NCBI GenBank assembly: GCA_048270185.1
Contig: JBLWTJ010000002.1
Span: forward strand, 96,001-160,000
Origin: Bacteriovoracaceae bacterium
GTDB lineage: Bacteria; Bdellovibrionota; Bacteriovoracia; Bacteriovoracales; Bacteriovoracaceae
Length of the DNA: 64,000 nucleotides
Direction of reading: 5' to 3'
Under the pieces are notes generated by a model. That model was not told the DNA's origin, made no database searches, and was given only the letters and a program-made list of their open reading frames with translations. Numbering within the stretch: position 1 is the first letter of the stretch; each line of letters opens with the position of its first letter. Of the stretch, positions 1 to 10,049 are shown piece by piece. The translations under genes and the position numbers were made by a program.

Positions 1-2201
1 AATATGGCCAAAGCATAAAAAACTGCGCCAAGAGCAAAAATCACATCACCTATAACTCTTAACCACCTTAGATTCTGTATCAGATCTGACTGCATTACTT
101 CGCTACCTCTTGCGTACCATAGACCAACTTCAAGAGACGCATCAAACTGAATCAAGCCGATTGGAAGGAGACTTAAAATAATCATTAGTCCTAAACCAAT
201 ATTCATTCCCCAAAAACCATATCCCATTATCTTGTCATTCCACTTACGTTCTTGGAATGTTGTTTGCACAATAAATAGAACTAGTCCAAGAGAGAGAAGG
301 CCATACACTCCAAATGTCGCTCCATGCGCATGAACAGCAGTTGTATTTAAACCTTGCAAGTAATAAAGAGCAATTGGAGGATTGATTAAAAATCCAAATA
401 TTCCAGCACCTACTAAGTTCCAAAAAGCGACTCCCACAAAGAAAGTAATTGGCCATTTATAGTTTTTTGTCCAACTCGTAAGTTTTTGAACTTTAAAAGT
501 ATGAAATGCCTCAAAGCCAATCAGAACAAGAGGAACAACTTCAAGAGCAGAAAAGCATGCACCAATAGCACTAATTGAAATTGGTGTCCCACTAAAATAT
601 AAGTGATGAAATGTACCCGGAATTCCACCAACTAAAAATATCGATGTCGAAAGTAAAGAAGCTTTAGTCGCAGACCTAGGTTTTATTAAACCAAGTGTAA
701 CAAATATAAATGCTAATGCTACTGTTGCGAAAACTTCAAAGAAGCCCTCAACCCAAAGATGGACAACCCACCATCGCCAAAACTCCATAATACTTATGTG
801 AGTCCTTGCTCCATAAAAAAGACCTCCTCCATAAAAGAGTCCAATTGCAATCGTTGAAGCAGAAAATAAAAGAAGTAATTGCTTATTATCTTTAGCAATC
901 TTAAGAGCAGGAGCAATACATCTTAACATTAATGTTAGCCAAACACCTAATCCCACTAAAAGTAATATTTGCCATACTCTTCCTAAGTCAACGTACTCGT
1001 AGCCTTGATGACCAAACCAAAAACTTAGATCAAAATCTAATAACTGGTGAATGGCGAGTGCTTCTCCTGTTAGGGAACCAAAAACAACTACAAGTAATGC
1101 ACCAAAAAGAAAGTTTACACCAAATCGTTGATACTTTGGATCTTCACCACCATTAATTATGGGGGCGATAAATAAACCTGCTGCAAGAAAAGATGTAGCA
1201 ATCCAAAACAACGCAATTTGAATATGCCAAGTTCTCGCTAATGTATATGGTAAGAACTTTGATAATGGAAAACCATAAAAGTCCTGTCCCTCAACAGTGT
1301 AATGGGCAAGTATCCCTCCAAGTCCTATTTGAATAATGAAAAGAACAACCACAACACCCCAATACTTCCAAAGGGACTTCATTGAAGGTGTAAGCTTAAA
1401 ATTCTTAAGTGGATCATTACTTGGAAGTTCAGAGTTTACATCATCCTCTTCTTTTTTAAATGCATAATACCAAACAAGAAAACCTATAGAAGTTAAGAGT
1501 AGAATTACTGAAATTATTGACCAAAAAATATTTTCACTTGTCGGCACATTGTCTATTAGCGGTTCATGAGGCCAGTTATTAGTGTAAGTATGATTTTCCC
1601 CAGGTCTATTCGCTGAAGCTGCCCAAGTTGACCAATGAAAGAAGGCCATCATTTTTTCTCTTCTCTCGGCAGAAGGCAAAACTTCCTCATGAATTGCATA
1701 GGCCTTTCTTGTTTCTCTCAATTCAGGACTATTGCTAAATAAACTTAAGTAATACTCTTTTGTCTTTAAGTATGCTTGATATCTAATATCTGAGATTAAA
1801 ACTTTATCATTTTCAACTTTTGACTCTCGGTAGTCTTCTAACATCGAAGCTTTAACCAACATTTTTTCTTGTTTTGAGAGATCATTAAAGCTTTTTCCAA
1901 GCTTATTTTTACTATAAATTGTTTGGTAATTTACTAGTTCTCTATGTAACCAGTCCGCTGTCCAGTCTGGAGCTTGATAAGCTCCATGCCCCCAAATAGA
2001 GCCAATCTGTTGGCCACCAATGGATTGCCAAACTTCTTGACCATCCAAAATATCATCTTTGGTATAGATAACCCCCTGAGAGCTTGAATTTATGCTTTCG
2101 TACAAAGGAGGTGCCTTTTTATATACCTCACTTCCAAAAAAACCTAATATTGTAAATGTTCCGACAAGAACAAATACTAGTGTCCACCAATACTTTTTCA
2201 T
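1..2201 (-). CDS. norB: Quinol-dependent nitric oxide reductase (qNor), 3' end runs off the window; absent from the ORF track
   Basis: Manual translation from ATG 2201 (GAGG SD upstream): MKKYWWTLVFVLVGTF...GGQQIGSIWGHGAYQAPDWTADWLHRE, later WRWWVVHLWVEGFFEVFAT and GIPGTFHHLYFSG, all hallmark qNor motifs. Confidence 0.93.
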   Translation of the reverse strand, partial: MKKYWWTLVFVLVGTFTILGFFGSEVYKKAPPLYESINSSSQGVIYTKDDILDGQEVWQSIGGQQIGSIWGHGAYQAPDWTADWLHRELVNYQTIYSKNKLGKSFNDLSKQEKMLVKASMLEDYRESKVENDKVLISDIRYQAYLKTKEYYLSLFSNSPELRETRKAYAIHEEVLPSAERREKMMAFFHWSTWAASANRPGENHTYTNNWPHEPLIDNVPTSENIFWSIISVILLLTSIGFLVWYYAFKKEEDDVNSELPSNDPLKNFKLTPSMKSLWKYWGVVVVLFIIQIGLGGILAHYTVEGQDFYGFPLSKFLPYTLARTWHIQIALFWIATSFLAAGLFIAPIINGGEDPKYQRFGVNFLFGALLVVVFGSLTGEALAIHQLLDFDLSFWFGHQGYEYVDLGRVWQILLLVGLGVWLTLMLRCIAPALKIAKDNKQLLLLFSASTIAIGLFYGGGLFYGARTHISIMEFWRWWVVHLWVEGFFEVFATVALAFIFVTLGLIKPRSATKASLLSTSIFLVGGIPGTFHHLYFSGTPISISAIGACFSALEVVPLVLIGFEAFHTFKVQKLTSWTKNYKWPITFFVGVAFWNLVGAGIFGFLINPPIALYYLQGLNTTAVHAHGATFGVYGLLSLGLVLFIVQTTFQERKWNDKIMGYGFWGMNIGLGLMIILSLLPIGLIQFDASLEVGLWYARGSEVMQSDLIQNLRWLRVIGDVIFALGAVFYALAI

Positions 2202-2216
2202 ACAACCTCACAGATT

Positions 2217-2256
2217 TGGTATATTTTACATATATTAATATATATAAAATATATCA
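2217..2256. promoter_or_regulatory. 40-bp imperfect palindrome between divergent norB and nsrR; probable NsrR/Rrf2 operator
   Basis: tggtatattttacatatatt / aatatatataaaatatatca, 18 of 20 positions complementary. Confidence 0.55.
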
Positions 2257-2291
2257 TTGTAAATGTAAAATATGAATGGCATAAATAATTT

Positions 2292-2681
2292 ATGCGATTG
2301 AAAACAAAAACAGACTATTGCATTAGAGTATTAATTTACCTTCAAATGAATGAAGGAAAAGTAAGAATTCAAGATATTGCAGATAGTTATAATATTTCGA
2401 AAAACCATTTGAGCGTTGCAGTAAATAAACTGTCTGAGCTAGGATATGTTATCTCAACTCTTGGCCCAAAAGGTGGAATTGAATTCAATAAAGATTATGA
2501 ACACAAATCAATAGGAGAACTTGTTTCTCAAGTTGAAGATTTTGATATTGTCGAGTGCTTTAATCCCGAAAAAAATACGTGTACTTTAAATCCAAAGTGC
2601 AAACTTAAAGGTATGCTTAATAAAGCAACAAATGCCTTTCTATTAGAATTAAAAAAGCACAAAATCAAAGACCTTGTGTGA
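2292..2681 (+). CDS. nsrR: Rrf2-family NO-sensing repressor NsrR
   Basis: MRL..KTDY.IR.L start, G.KGG wing, three Cys (VECF..N.C.L...C.LK); divergent from qNor. Confidence 0.85.
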   Translation: MRLKTKTDYCIRVLIYLQMNEGKVRIQDIADSYNISKNHLSVAVNKLSELGYVISTLGPKGGIEFNKDYEHKSIGELVSQVEDFDIVECFNPEKNTCTLNPKCKLKGMLNKATNAFLLELKKHKIKDLV

Positions 2682-2944
2682 GTATTTTTAAATTTAACAA
2701 CCAAATTGTCCCATATAGAAATAGTGAACAAACAGTACTTGAAGCTTTAGAAGAAAGTGGTTTCTACATTCCATCATCTTGTCTCTCTGGAAGATGTAAT
2801 TTTTGCTTGCTCCAACTGGACAATGGAGAAGTAAATGAGTCATCTCAGTATAACTTAAGTGAAAAAATGTTAAAGAGAAGCCTATTCAAGTCTTGTGTAG
2901 CTAAAGCGAATAATAGTATTCAGTGTAACGATAAATATATCTAA
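2678..2944 (+). CDS. Small 2Fe-2S ferredoxin-domain protein
   Basis: TVLEALE..G..IPSSC.SGRC.FC ... SC plant-type 2Fe-2S motif; overlaps the nsrR stop (GTGA). Confidence 0.75.
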   Translation: MSIFKFNNQIVPYRNSEQTVLEALEESGFYIPSSCLSGRCNFCLLQLDNGEVNESSQYNLSEKMLKRSLFKSCVAKANNSIQCNDKYI

Positions 2945-3223
2945 AAATTACTATTAAAAAATTTAAGTTTAAAGCCGTCTTGATCTTCTACGGGCTGGAT
3001 ACCTGCGAGGTATCATAACGATTTGTTGCCTTTGTCTATTCCTTTCCAATTGAAGGAAAAGTGATCTGTAGTCTTGTACGCATTTATCTAGAAAGGTTAT
3101 AAAGTCCGTGTTTAATTTTCCAAGATGAAAATCTATAAAATTTTGTCTTGAAAATGGAACAACGTAAGACCACCCATCTTCCTTAAGTGGCATAAGGAAA
3201 GGGGCTTCCACCACCGGAATCCG

Positions 3224-3239
3224 ATGGTGGAGGTGGTGG
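3224..3239. repeat. att-like direct repeat, copy of the tmRNA 3' end
   Basis: atggtggaggtggtgg identical to 13314-13329. Confidence 0.85.
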
Positions 3240-3339
3240 TAACCTTCGATCACCTTAATATTATTGATATAGCAAGAAGTCATTACTACAAATCACTACA
3301 TTACATTTTTTTAATTTTAAAATCCAAAATATTATCAAT

Positions 3340-4200
3340 TTAAGACTCGTCTTCTTCTATTCTTCTAGTAACTAAATTATTTTGTACGTCTCTAATCCAG
3401 GCTGCGACTCCATTTGAATTTTCTAGACCTGAAAAAAATATAGAGAACCAATTATTGAAAGATTCAAACTCTAAATCTTTATCATCTCGTGTTGAAATAA
3501 ATGAATTTTGCACCTCTTGCTCAGTTACATATCTTCCCCTAGGAAGATGCGGAAGCATTGCCTGGGGAGACCTTACAAGGCTGGCCCACTTGTCACTTAA
3601 CCAATTTAGAATATTCGTCTTTTCTACAACATTATTGATATGAAAAGTAACTGTCTGATTTGCACCCAATTGCCTCAATCTAACAACTGGTGCAGATAAA
3701 TCACCAGAGAATTCACAAGTGATTAACCTTTGGTTTAAAAAGTTATCAAAATATGGATGAATGATTCTTTCATTGGCATTTACTCCAGTAATCACGTTAC
3801 CTCTTTTTGAATTACATAAACATGAAGGTATCAGATTTCGTGAGTGTATTGTAAATTCGGGGTGAGTTGACTGTGGTAGGTAATGATCAACAGTCCCTGT
3901 CCCAATACTCCCACACATAGGGCAACAACTTGTAGAAACTTCATACCTTACTTGAGAAATAAAGCTTAAGCATTTTAGTGGATTTTTATAATGGTATTCT
4001 AGAGCATTTCTCAGTTCTGTGCCAATTTGCACAGAAGGACAGAGATATGGGTTTCCATTATTGTTTATAAATTGCTGATACTGAGCAAGCATAATTAGAT
4101 ACTCATGAGAAAGATAAGGATGACACTTAATGTGAGTCTTGCTACATAAATCTTTTAGCAACTGAATATCATCAATATTTGGCATATTTACTGATTTCAT
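3340..4200 (-). CDS. HNH endonuclease (Septu PtuB-like partner of the upstream ATPase)
   Basis: CPMCG...TVDHYLPQS..PEF.....NLIPSC.CNSKR HNH motif; starts 3 bp after the ATPase stop. Confidence 0.8.
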   Translation of the reverse strand: MKSVNMPNIDDIQLLKDLCSKTHIKCHPYLSHEYLIMLAQYQQFINNNGNPYLCPSVQIGTELRNALEYHYKNPLKCLSFISQVRYEVSTSCCPMCGSIGTGTVDHYLPQSTHPEFTIHSRNLIPSCLCNSKRGNVITGVNANERIIHPYFDNFLNQRLITCEFSGDLSAPVVRLRQLGANQTVTFHINNVVEKTNILNWLSDKWASLVRSPQAMLPHLPRGRYVTEQEVQNSFISTRDDKDLEFESFNNWFSIFFSGLENSNGVAAWIRDVQNNLVTRRIEEDES

Positions 4201-4203
4201 ACT

Positions 4204-5868
4204 TTAACCACTAATTTCTCGTTTTAACGACATCAATACTTCTGTAGATAACTCTGACTTGAGTGTATCGAGGTCAAAATCAATGTTACCTTTTTTATCA
4301 CGAATGTTTTCTAGAATATTATTAGTTAATTTATCATCAATATTGTCATCGAATACAAAGTGAGAAATGTCTCCGATATTAGCTCCATAGGTTTTCAACC
4401 TGGGATTCACAATACTAATACCTCTATCAGGCATCTCTTTAAAAACGTGAACTTGTTCTCTTGATATTTCTCTCACAAAATAAGCAGAATGGGTTGCAAT
4501 AATAGAGTAAGAGCCTGTAGCCCTTAGTAGCGTATTTAGCAATGATATAAAGTCAGAAATTAAATTAGGATGTAAGTGAGTTTCAGGCTCATCTAGTAAC
4601 AAGAGAGAACCGTTCTCGATATGTAAACAAGCTAACAATGCAACTTTAAAAAAAGAAAGCTGACCACTGCTTAAAGGATATAATGTGCCATCTCTAAATA
4701 TTTTGGGCTCAGCCTTCTCACTTATTGCTCCTAATAATAGAAGTCTTCTTTGTTCACCTATATTTCTTTTAAGAAATCCCGACAATGGATAAAACGGAGG
4801 AAGTCCGTCATATTGTTCTATTGGAATTACAATATCCTCAACAGGTAAACAATTACTTACTGAGTTGTAAAAAATATTATATCGAAACTGATTACCAATT
4901 ACATCTTCACTTCTAAGAAGCTGTTGAAAAGATTCCCCTGTTGCCGCATTTATACTTTTACTGTTCCTTATCATATTGAGTAGTTTATATTTTATTCTAG
5001 GCCTCTTAACATTCAGACGTGGAAATGTATTATAAACTTCACCTGGCGTCCCAATGGCAATAAGTCTATTTATTAATGGTCGACCAGTTTTTCCATTTGG
5101 GTCGCGTAAAATATTCAAATGATCTGTTCTTCCTACTAAAGCACTGACAATTTTACTTAATGCCTGGCTTTTACCTAAACCATTTTTACCAATCATAATA
5201 TTAATTCTTTTTGGTAAAACTGAGTCTTGGCTAAAAGTGAATTTTATTTGATGAGGGTTAGAAAATGAATCTAATTGAAATTTTAAATCTAAGTTTTTTG
5301 ATATTATATCGAAGCTTTCAAAGTCAAGGCCTTTTAGAATTTCTCCTGCACTGTGATAAGCAAAATAACTTTCAGAATTCCTCATAAATGCTTCACGAAA
5401 GGCCAAAGATTTCTTTCCCTTTATAAGCCAATCATCTGTTTTTTGTTGTTGTCCTTCCCAGAACACTAAATCTGAAACTGACTTTAGTACAGAATTTGCA
5501 ATTTCAGGTGTTACTGTTTTCACTAATTTTCTATACTCTCCAATAGTTGGCAACATTGTAAAGAATGCTTCGAAGTTTTCAACAGGGATTAATTCTTTTA
5601 CGGAGTTAGTTTTTTGTATATACTCTTGTAGCCTTGACCGAAGTCCAATTTCTACTTCGCTAGTTGTTTCAGGGACAAAAGCGAGAAAACTTTCAAAGGA
5701 AAATAAATCATTATTAGTTTTTAAATAAATTAGTGCTTTAATCTTATGTTTGAAATCATTCCACTGGTCCTCACTTGGAATTATTAAGATTTCTCCAGCC
5801 TCTAATTTGTCAGTATTTTTTTCGAGTGAGAATAAGACCTTCCATTCAGTTATTTTTTTGCTTTCCAT
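4204..5868 (-). CDS. ABC-type (AAA_21-like) ATPase, Septu PtuA-like defence protein
   Basis: Walker A GKNGLGKS, signature LSSGQ, Walker B LLLLDEPETHLHP, H-loop ATHS; no permease nearby; coupled to HNH. Confidence 0.8.
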   Translation of the reverse strand: MESKKITEWKVLFSLEKNTDKLEAGEILIIPSEDQWNDFKHKIKALIYLKTNNDLFSFESFLAFVPETTSEVEIGLRSRLQEYIQKTNSVKELIPVENFEAFFTMLPTIGEYRKLVKTVTPEIANSVLKSVSDLVFWEGQQQKTDDWLIKGKKSLAFREAFMRNSESYFAYHSAGEILKGLDFESFDIISKNLDLKFQLDSFSNPHQIKFTFSQDSVLPKRINIMIGKNGLGKSQALSKIVSALVGRTDHLNILRDPNGKTGRPLINRLIAIGTPGEVYNTFPRLNVKRPRIKYKLLNMIRNSKSINAATGESFQQLLRSEDVIGNQFRYNIFYNSVSNCLPVEDIVIPIEQYDGLPPFYPLSGFLKRNIGEQRRLLLLGAISEKAEPKIFRDGTLYPLSSGQLSFFKVALLACLHIENGSLLLLDEPETHLHPNLISDFISLLNTLLRATGSYSIIATHSAYFVREISREQVHVFKEMPDRGISIVNPRLKTYGANIGDISHFVFDDNIDDKLTNNILENIRDKKGNIDFDLDTLKSELSTEVLMSLKREISG

Positions 5869-6175
5869 AATCTACCTATAATATATATTTACATGTAATT
5901 ATAGAGTAAAAACTAAAAACATAAAACTTACCTGTTTCTAGTTCCTACCTCTTTATAGAATCAATTACTTAAGGAAAGTAAATCTCTATCTTTTCATGTC
6001 TTGAAAAAGAGTTGTTTTATGGACATTTATATTTAGATTAATAACTCTTTAGAAAGATGTAATATTATTACCAGGCACTTTCAATCTAATACAAGCTAGT
6101 TAGTGTGATCACTTTAGTATAAAGTGAAAGTAATCTATTGCTACGCTTACCAGAATTTAAGCTAGTTATGACTTT

Positions 6176-6898
6176 CTATTCTAAAAGTAAATTAGATTTT
6201 TTAGCTAAGTAATCTACACTAGATTGATAATCTGGAAGGAAATTAGATATTAGATTCCAAAACTCTTTACCATGATTACGTTCCTTAAGGTGACACAGTT
6301 CATGTACTACAATATATCTAATTATATATTTAGGTAGAAAGGCCATTCTCCAATCTAATTTAATTACTCCATTATCTTCACATAGCGCCCAAACATCTTT
6401 TCTATCTATAAACTTTAGTTCTGGAGTTTTTATAATTAACTTTGATTCATACATTGAGGTGATTTTAATGTATTCCGTTTCAAGACTTTTCTTAAAAAAT
6501 GAAATAAATGAATCTTTAATTACTTCATTTCTAAATTTTAAAGGTATATCTATTGGAACATTAACATTAAATCCTCTAATAGAATGAGCTATTTCAACTT
6601 CATTCGTCTCGACAGCAGATATATTTATCATCTCATAGCGGTCGTGAAATAGAACCTTTGAACCACTCATAAAGTTTTCCGGCCATGGGTCACGAATCTC
6701 TCTATGACCTAACTCATACCACTGATTGAATATCCACTCTTCATTCTTTCTAAGAAATTCACTATTATCTGATAGCTGGGAACTAGGAACCTCTAACTCT
6801 ATTCCTAAAGGGGTTACATTTAGCCTTCTAGACTTCAATCTCTTATTTAGCGATACCTTACATGGTATTTTAGTTTTACCTACTTCAAAAAAATCCAT
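6176..6898 (-). CDS. M48/YgjP-like (DUF45) zinc metallopeptidase associated with type I R-M
   Basis: YIVVHELCHL...NH..EFW motif; abuts hsdR. Confidence 0.85.
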   Translation of the reverse strand: MDFFEVGKTKIPCKVSLNKRLKSRRLNVTPLGIELEVPSSQLSDNSEFLRKNEEWIFNQWYELGHREIRDPWPENFMSGSKVLFHDRYEMINISAVETNEVEIAHSIRGFNVNVPIDIPLKFRNEVIKDSFISFFKKSLETEYIKITSMYESKLIIKTPELKFIDRKDVWALCEDNGVIKLDWRMAFLPKYIIRYIVVHELCHLKERNHGKEFWNLISNFLPDYQSSVDYLAKKSNLLLE

Positions 6899-9800
6899 TT
6901 AAACCTTTATAAAATTCTTTAATGCGTACTCTTCAACTCTATTTGGAATCTCTTTTTGCCAGCCTTGTAACTTAACTGGTTGCAATATACGTCTTACTTT
7001 CTGCCTCAATTCTTTTCTAAGTTGCTCCATATGATTCCATCCTTTTGGTGCAGAATCATTAGAAGCATAGACTTCCTCTACTTCTTTAGCTATTTCTTTC
7101 AATTTGTTAATAACTTCTTTAGAGAGACCTTCACTTTTTTCATTTTTGGAATCATCATCAGACTTTTCTTCTGACTCATATCTGAAAGCTTCTAATATTT
7201 TTAAAATATCATACCCTCTTTCTGTTAAACCTGAGTCCTTATAAGCTTTATCTTCTTTGTTTAACTCTCCAGATAACTTTTCCATTTCTTTTAGAGCTTC
7301 TGATGCTTCAAGTTGTTTCTCTTCAAGTAATTTAATAATCTCAAGTAATCTTTCTGAAAACTTTTTATAGCGAAGCTCGTTATCATCAACTTTTTCACGA
7401 GTTATTTTCTTTAACTCAGTTGCTTTTCGAGTTGCTGCTTCTTTAATATCTTCAGGTGACTTCCCTTCTGTTTTAAAATCATTTTGAAACTCTGGGTCAG
7501 TTAACTTTCTAAGCTTAATAGTTGTTTTAAGACCTGTTACTTCTAAATGCTCATCAAGCATGGCCCTAATCTTTTCACTGTAATTCCCTAGAGGTTCAGC
7601 TTCTTTTTTCTCAAATGAAGGAGTTGCATATTGTAGGAATGCTACTGTCAGTTTTAAATCTTTTTGAAATTGAAGAATAAATGGTTCTGGACTAAGGATT
7701 TCATAAGCAGAAATAAATTCTTTAGCTTTCTTCTTAAATACAAGCCATCTGTCTTTAGTCTCAATAATCTCAATCAATTTTATGAATTCAGCCCTCAGGT
7801 TTGGCTGATTCCCATCAATCTCTTTTAAATATGCTGATACTTCCTCATGACTTCTAGTCAGATTCTCTTCTAATTTAGAAAAGTCTCTAGTTGCATTCTG
7901 AACATCTTCTTTTCTATAGCACTCTAGGGCCTTATCAAGTTTCTTAGTGATACCAATATAATCTACGATGAGACCACAGTCTTTACGACCTTCACTCCAA
8001 ACTCTATTTGCTCTAGCAATGGCTTGTAGTAAATTATGGTCTGTTAATGGGTTATCAACATACATGACACCTTCAATTGGAGCATCAAAACCAGTTAAAA
8101 GTTTGCTACATACAATTAAAAAAGAAGGCTCTTTGCTTTTTGTCTTAAAGTTATCTTTGATTTCAATTTCTTTATCTTTGTCAGCATAATATTTTTGGAG
8201 GTCTCCTCTTAACTCTTGGATGTACTCCTCCTCGCTTGGCTTAGCATCTTCTTGATTTCCTGAGTAAACACAAGCACTCATCTCATCAGCTTGTTTCTCA
8301 GCCTCTTCTTGTGAAAGTCCAGACTTTACTAAATCAGCAGTAATTACTTTATTTAATGCTCTTTTATATAAAATAATAGCTTCTCTATCATAAGCAACGA
8401 TTTGGGCTTTTAACCCATCTGGTTTTGCATATGCTTTATAGTGAGTCCAAATATCATAAGCTATAAGGTCAATTCTCTTTGGAAACTTAATTAACATTCC
8501 TAACGAGATACCTTTCTCTTTTAAAGCAGAGATGACTTCCTCGGGTTCATTGGCAAACCATTGGTCAAAAAGAATATCCATCTTAGCTGTTTCAACATTC
8601 CACTCAGTCATTCTCGCTGTGTGATGTATAGGAACTGTTGCACCATCTGCTACAGCATCATCAATATCATACTTATCAATGTAACCTTCACCTTCTGGAC
8701 TAAAGTTCGCATAAGTATCCATATCATTCTTTTTAACTGGTGTTCCTGTGAATCCAAAGAACTTAGCTTTTGGAAATGTTGCTCTAAGGTAAGCACCTAA
8801 ATCCTTCTCTTGAGTTCTGTGGCACTCATCTACTAAAAGAATCCAATTTTCACTATTTGGGATTGGGTCCTTTGAACCTTGAAACTTGAAAATAGTTGTA
8901 ACAACTGTAAGGCCCGTTGCCTCTGACTTAATCGTATCTCTTAACTGTGAGACACTCGTCATGTGTTTCGGATTTCTAATACCACAAGCTACAAACGTAT
9001 TCTTGATTTGTGTATCAAGGTCAACTCTATCTGTTAAAACTAGAATATTTGGATTCTCTAATGTCTTTGCATCCAATGTTAGGTGTGTTTTTAGCTTAAT
9101 TGCTGAAAAAACCATTGTTAAAGACTTTCCACTTCCTTGGGTATGCCAAACAAGACCTTTATTCTGTTCATCTTTTACAACTCTATCAACAATCTTGTTT
9201 ACTGCTCTAAACTGTTGGTAACGACATATCTTTTTGATGATATGAGTGTGACCGTCTTTATCCTTCTCTCTTTCAAAAACAATAAAGTGAGCTATTAAAT
9301 CTAAAAGGTTGTCTGGTTGGAGAAGTGCCCATAATGCTTTTTTAAGAGGGTCATTACTCAGGTCTTCATCTGTTTTTGGCCACGGATTTCTCCAATAACC
9401 ATAATATTTTGAACTCGAACCAGTTGCTCCATACAATGTGTTCTTTTCATTTGTTACAATATTGAAACAATTAGAAAAGAAAAGCCTTGGAATATCTCTT
9501 TCATATTGCTTTATCTGGTCAAAGGCTTCACCTGTTTTATCTTTATATGCAAAAGGACTCTTGGCCTCAATTACAACAACAGGAATACCGTTGATAAAAA
9601 TAACAACATCAGGCTTTCTAGAATGTTGAGACTTAACATAATACTGATTAGTAACAGTGAAAGTGTTATTTTCTGTATTCTTAAAATCAATTAGAAATAT
9701 AGTCTTTTTATCTGACTGTCCAGGAACGCTTTTACTATAGTCTCCTTTGATTATCTTTAACCATTTTTCATTATCAGAAAGGTTCAATAAATCTTGATAA

Positions 9801-10039
9801 ACAGAGTTTGCTACCTCGTCATCAACATCATTTATTCTTTTTATTGCAGCAAGAAGTTCATTTCTTAAAATGACATTTGTCTCACCATCTCTTTCTTGAG
9901 AATGTTTAGCTGGTTGGAGGTATTTATATCCTACAGTCTTATCATTACTCTTAAATAAATCGTCCTTACATAAGAAATCAAGAATTGGCACTTCAACCAT
10001 TCTCGTTTCTGGACCATATCCATCGGTCTCATAGCTCAT
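6899..10039 (-). CDS. hsdR: Type I restriction endonuclease subunit R
   Basis: KPD...FINGIP...IEAK nuclease motif, WHTQGSGKS, DECHR, GFTGTP, LTGFDAP, QAIARANR. Confidence 0.96.
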   Translation of the reverse strand: MSYETDGYGPETRMVEVPILDFLCKDDLFKSNDKTVGYKYLQPAKHSQERDGETNVILRNELLAAIKRINDVDDEVANSVYQDLLNLSDNEKWLKIIKGDYSKSVPGQSDKKTIFLIDFKNTENNTFTVTNQYYVKSQHSRKPDVVIFINGIPVVVIEAKSPFAYKDKTGEAFDQIKQYERDIPRLFFSNCFNIVTNEKNTLYGATGSSSKYYGYWRNPWPKTDEDLSNDPLKKALWALLQPDNLLDLIAHFIVFEREKDKDGHTHIIKKICRYQQFRAVNKIVDRVVKDEQNKGLVWHTQGSGKSLTMVFSAIKLKTHLTLDAKTLENPNILVLTDRVDLDTQIKNTFVACGIRNPKHMTSVSQLRDTIKSEATGLTVVTTIFKFQGSKDPIPNSENWILLVDECHRTQEKDLGAYLRATFPKAKFFGFTGTPVKKNDMDTYANFSPEGEGYIDKYDIDDAVADGATVPIHHTARMTEWNVETAKMDILFDQWFANEPEEVISALKEKGISLGMLIKFPKRIDLIAYDIWTHYKAYAKPDGLKAQIVAYDREAIILYKRALNKVITADLVKSGLSQEEAEKQADEMSACVYSGNQEDAKPSEEEYIQELRGDLQKYYADKDKEIEIKDNFKTKSKEPSFLIVCSKLLTGFDAPIEGVMYVDNPLTDHNLLQAIARANRVWSEGRKDCGLIVDYIGITKKLDKALECYRKEDVQNATRDFSKLEENLTRSHEEVSAYLKEIDGNQPNLRAEFIKLIEIIETKDRWLVFKKKAKEFISAYEILSPEPFILQFQKDLKLTVAFLQYATPSFEKKEAEPLGNYSEKIRAMLDEHLEVTGLKTTIKLRKLTDPEFQNDFKTEGKSPEDIKEAATRKATELKKITREKVDDNELRYKKFSERLLEIIKLLEEKQLEASEALKEMEKLSGELNKEDKAYKDSGLTERGYDILKILEAFRYESEEKSDDDSKNEKSEGLSKEVINKLKEIAKEVEEVYASNDSAPKGWNHMEQLRKELRQKVRRILQPVKLQGWQKEIPNRVEEYALKNFIKV

Positions 10040-10049
10040 TTTAATTTCC

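Noticed and set aside
244..1156. Short ORFs 244-456 and 932-1156
   Set aside because: Off-frame or antisense shadows of the qNor gene
2969..3283. 104-aa ORF
   Set aside because: Runs across the att repeat, has no SD and no recognisable motif; probably spurious or a remnant
3340..6175. Retron system
   Set aside because: No reverse transcriptase ORF and no clear a1/a2 inverted repeats
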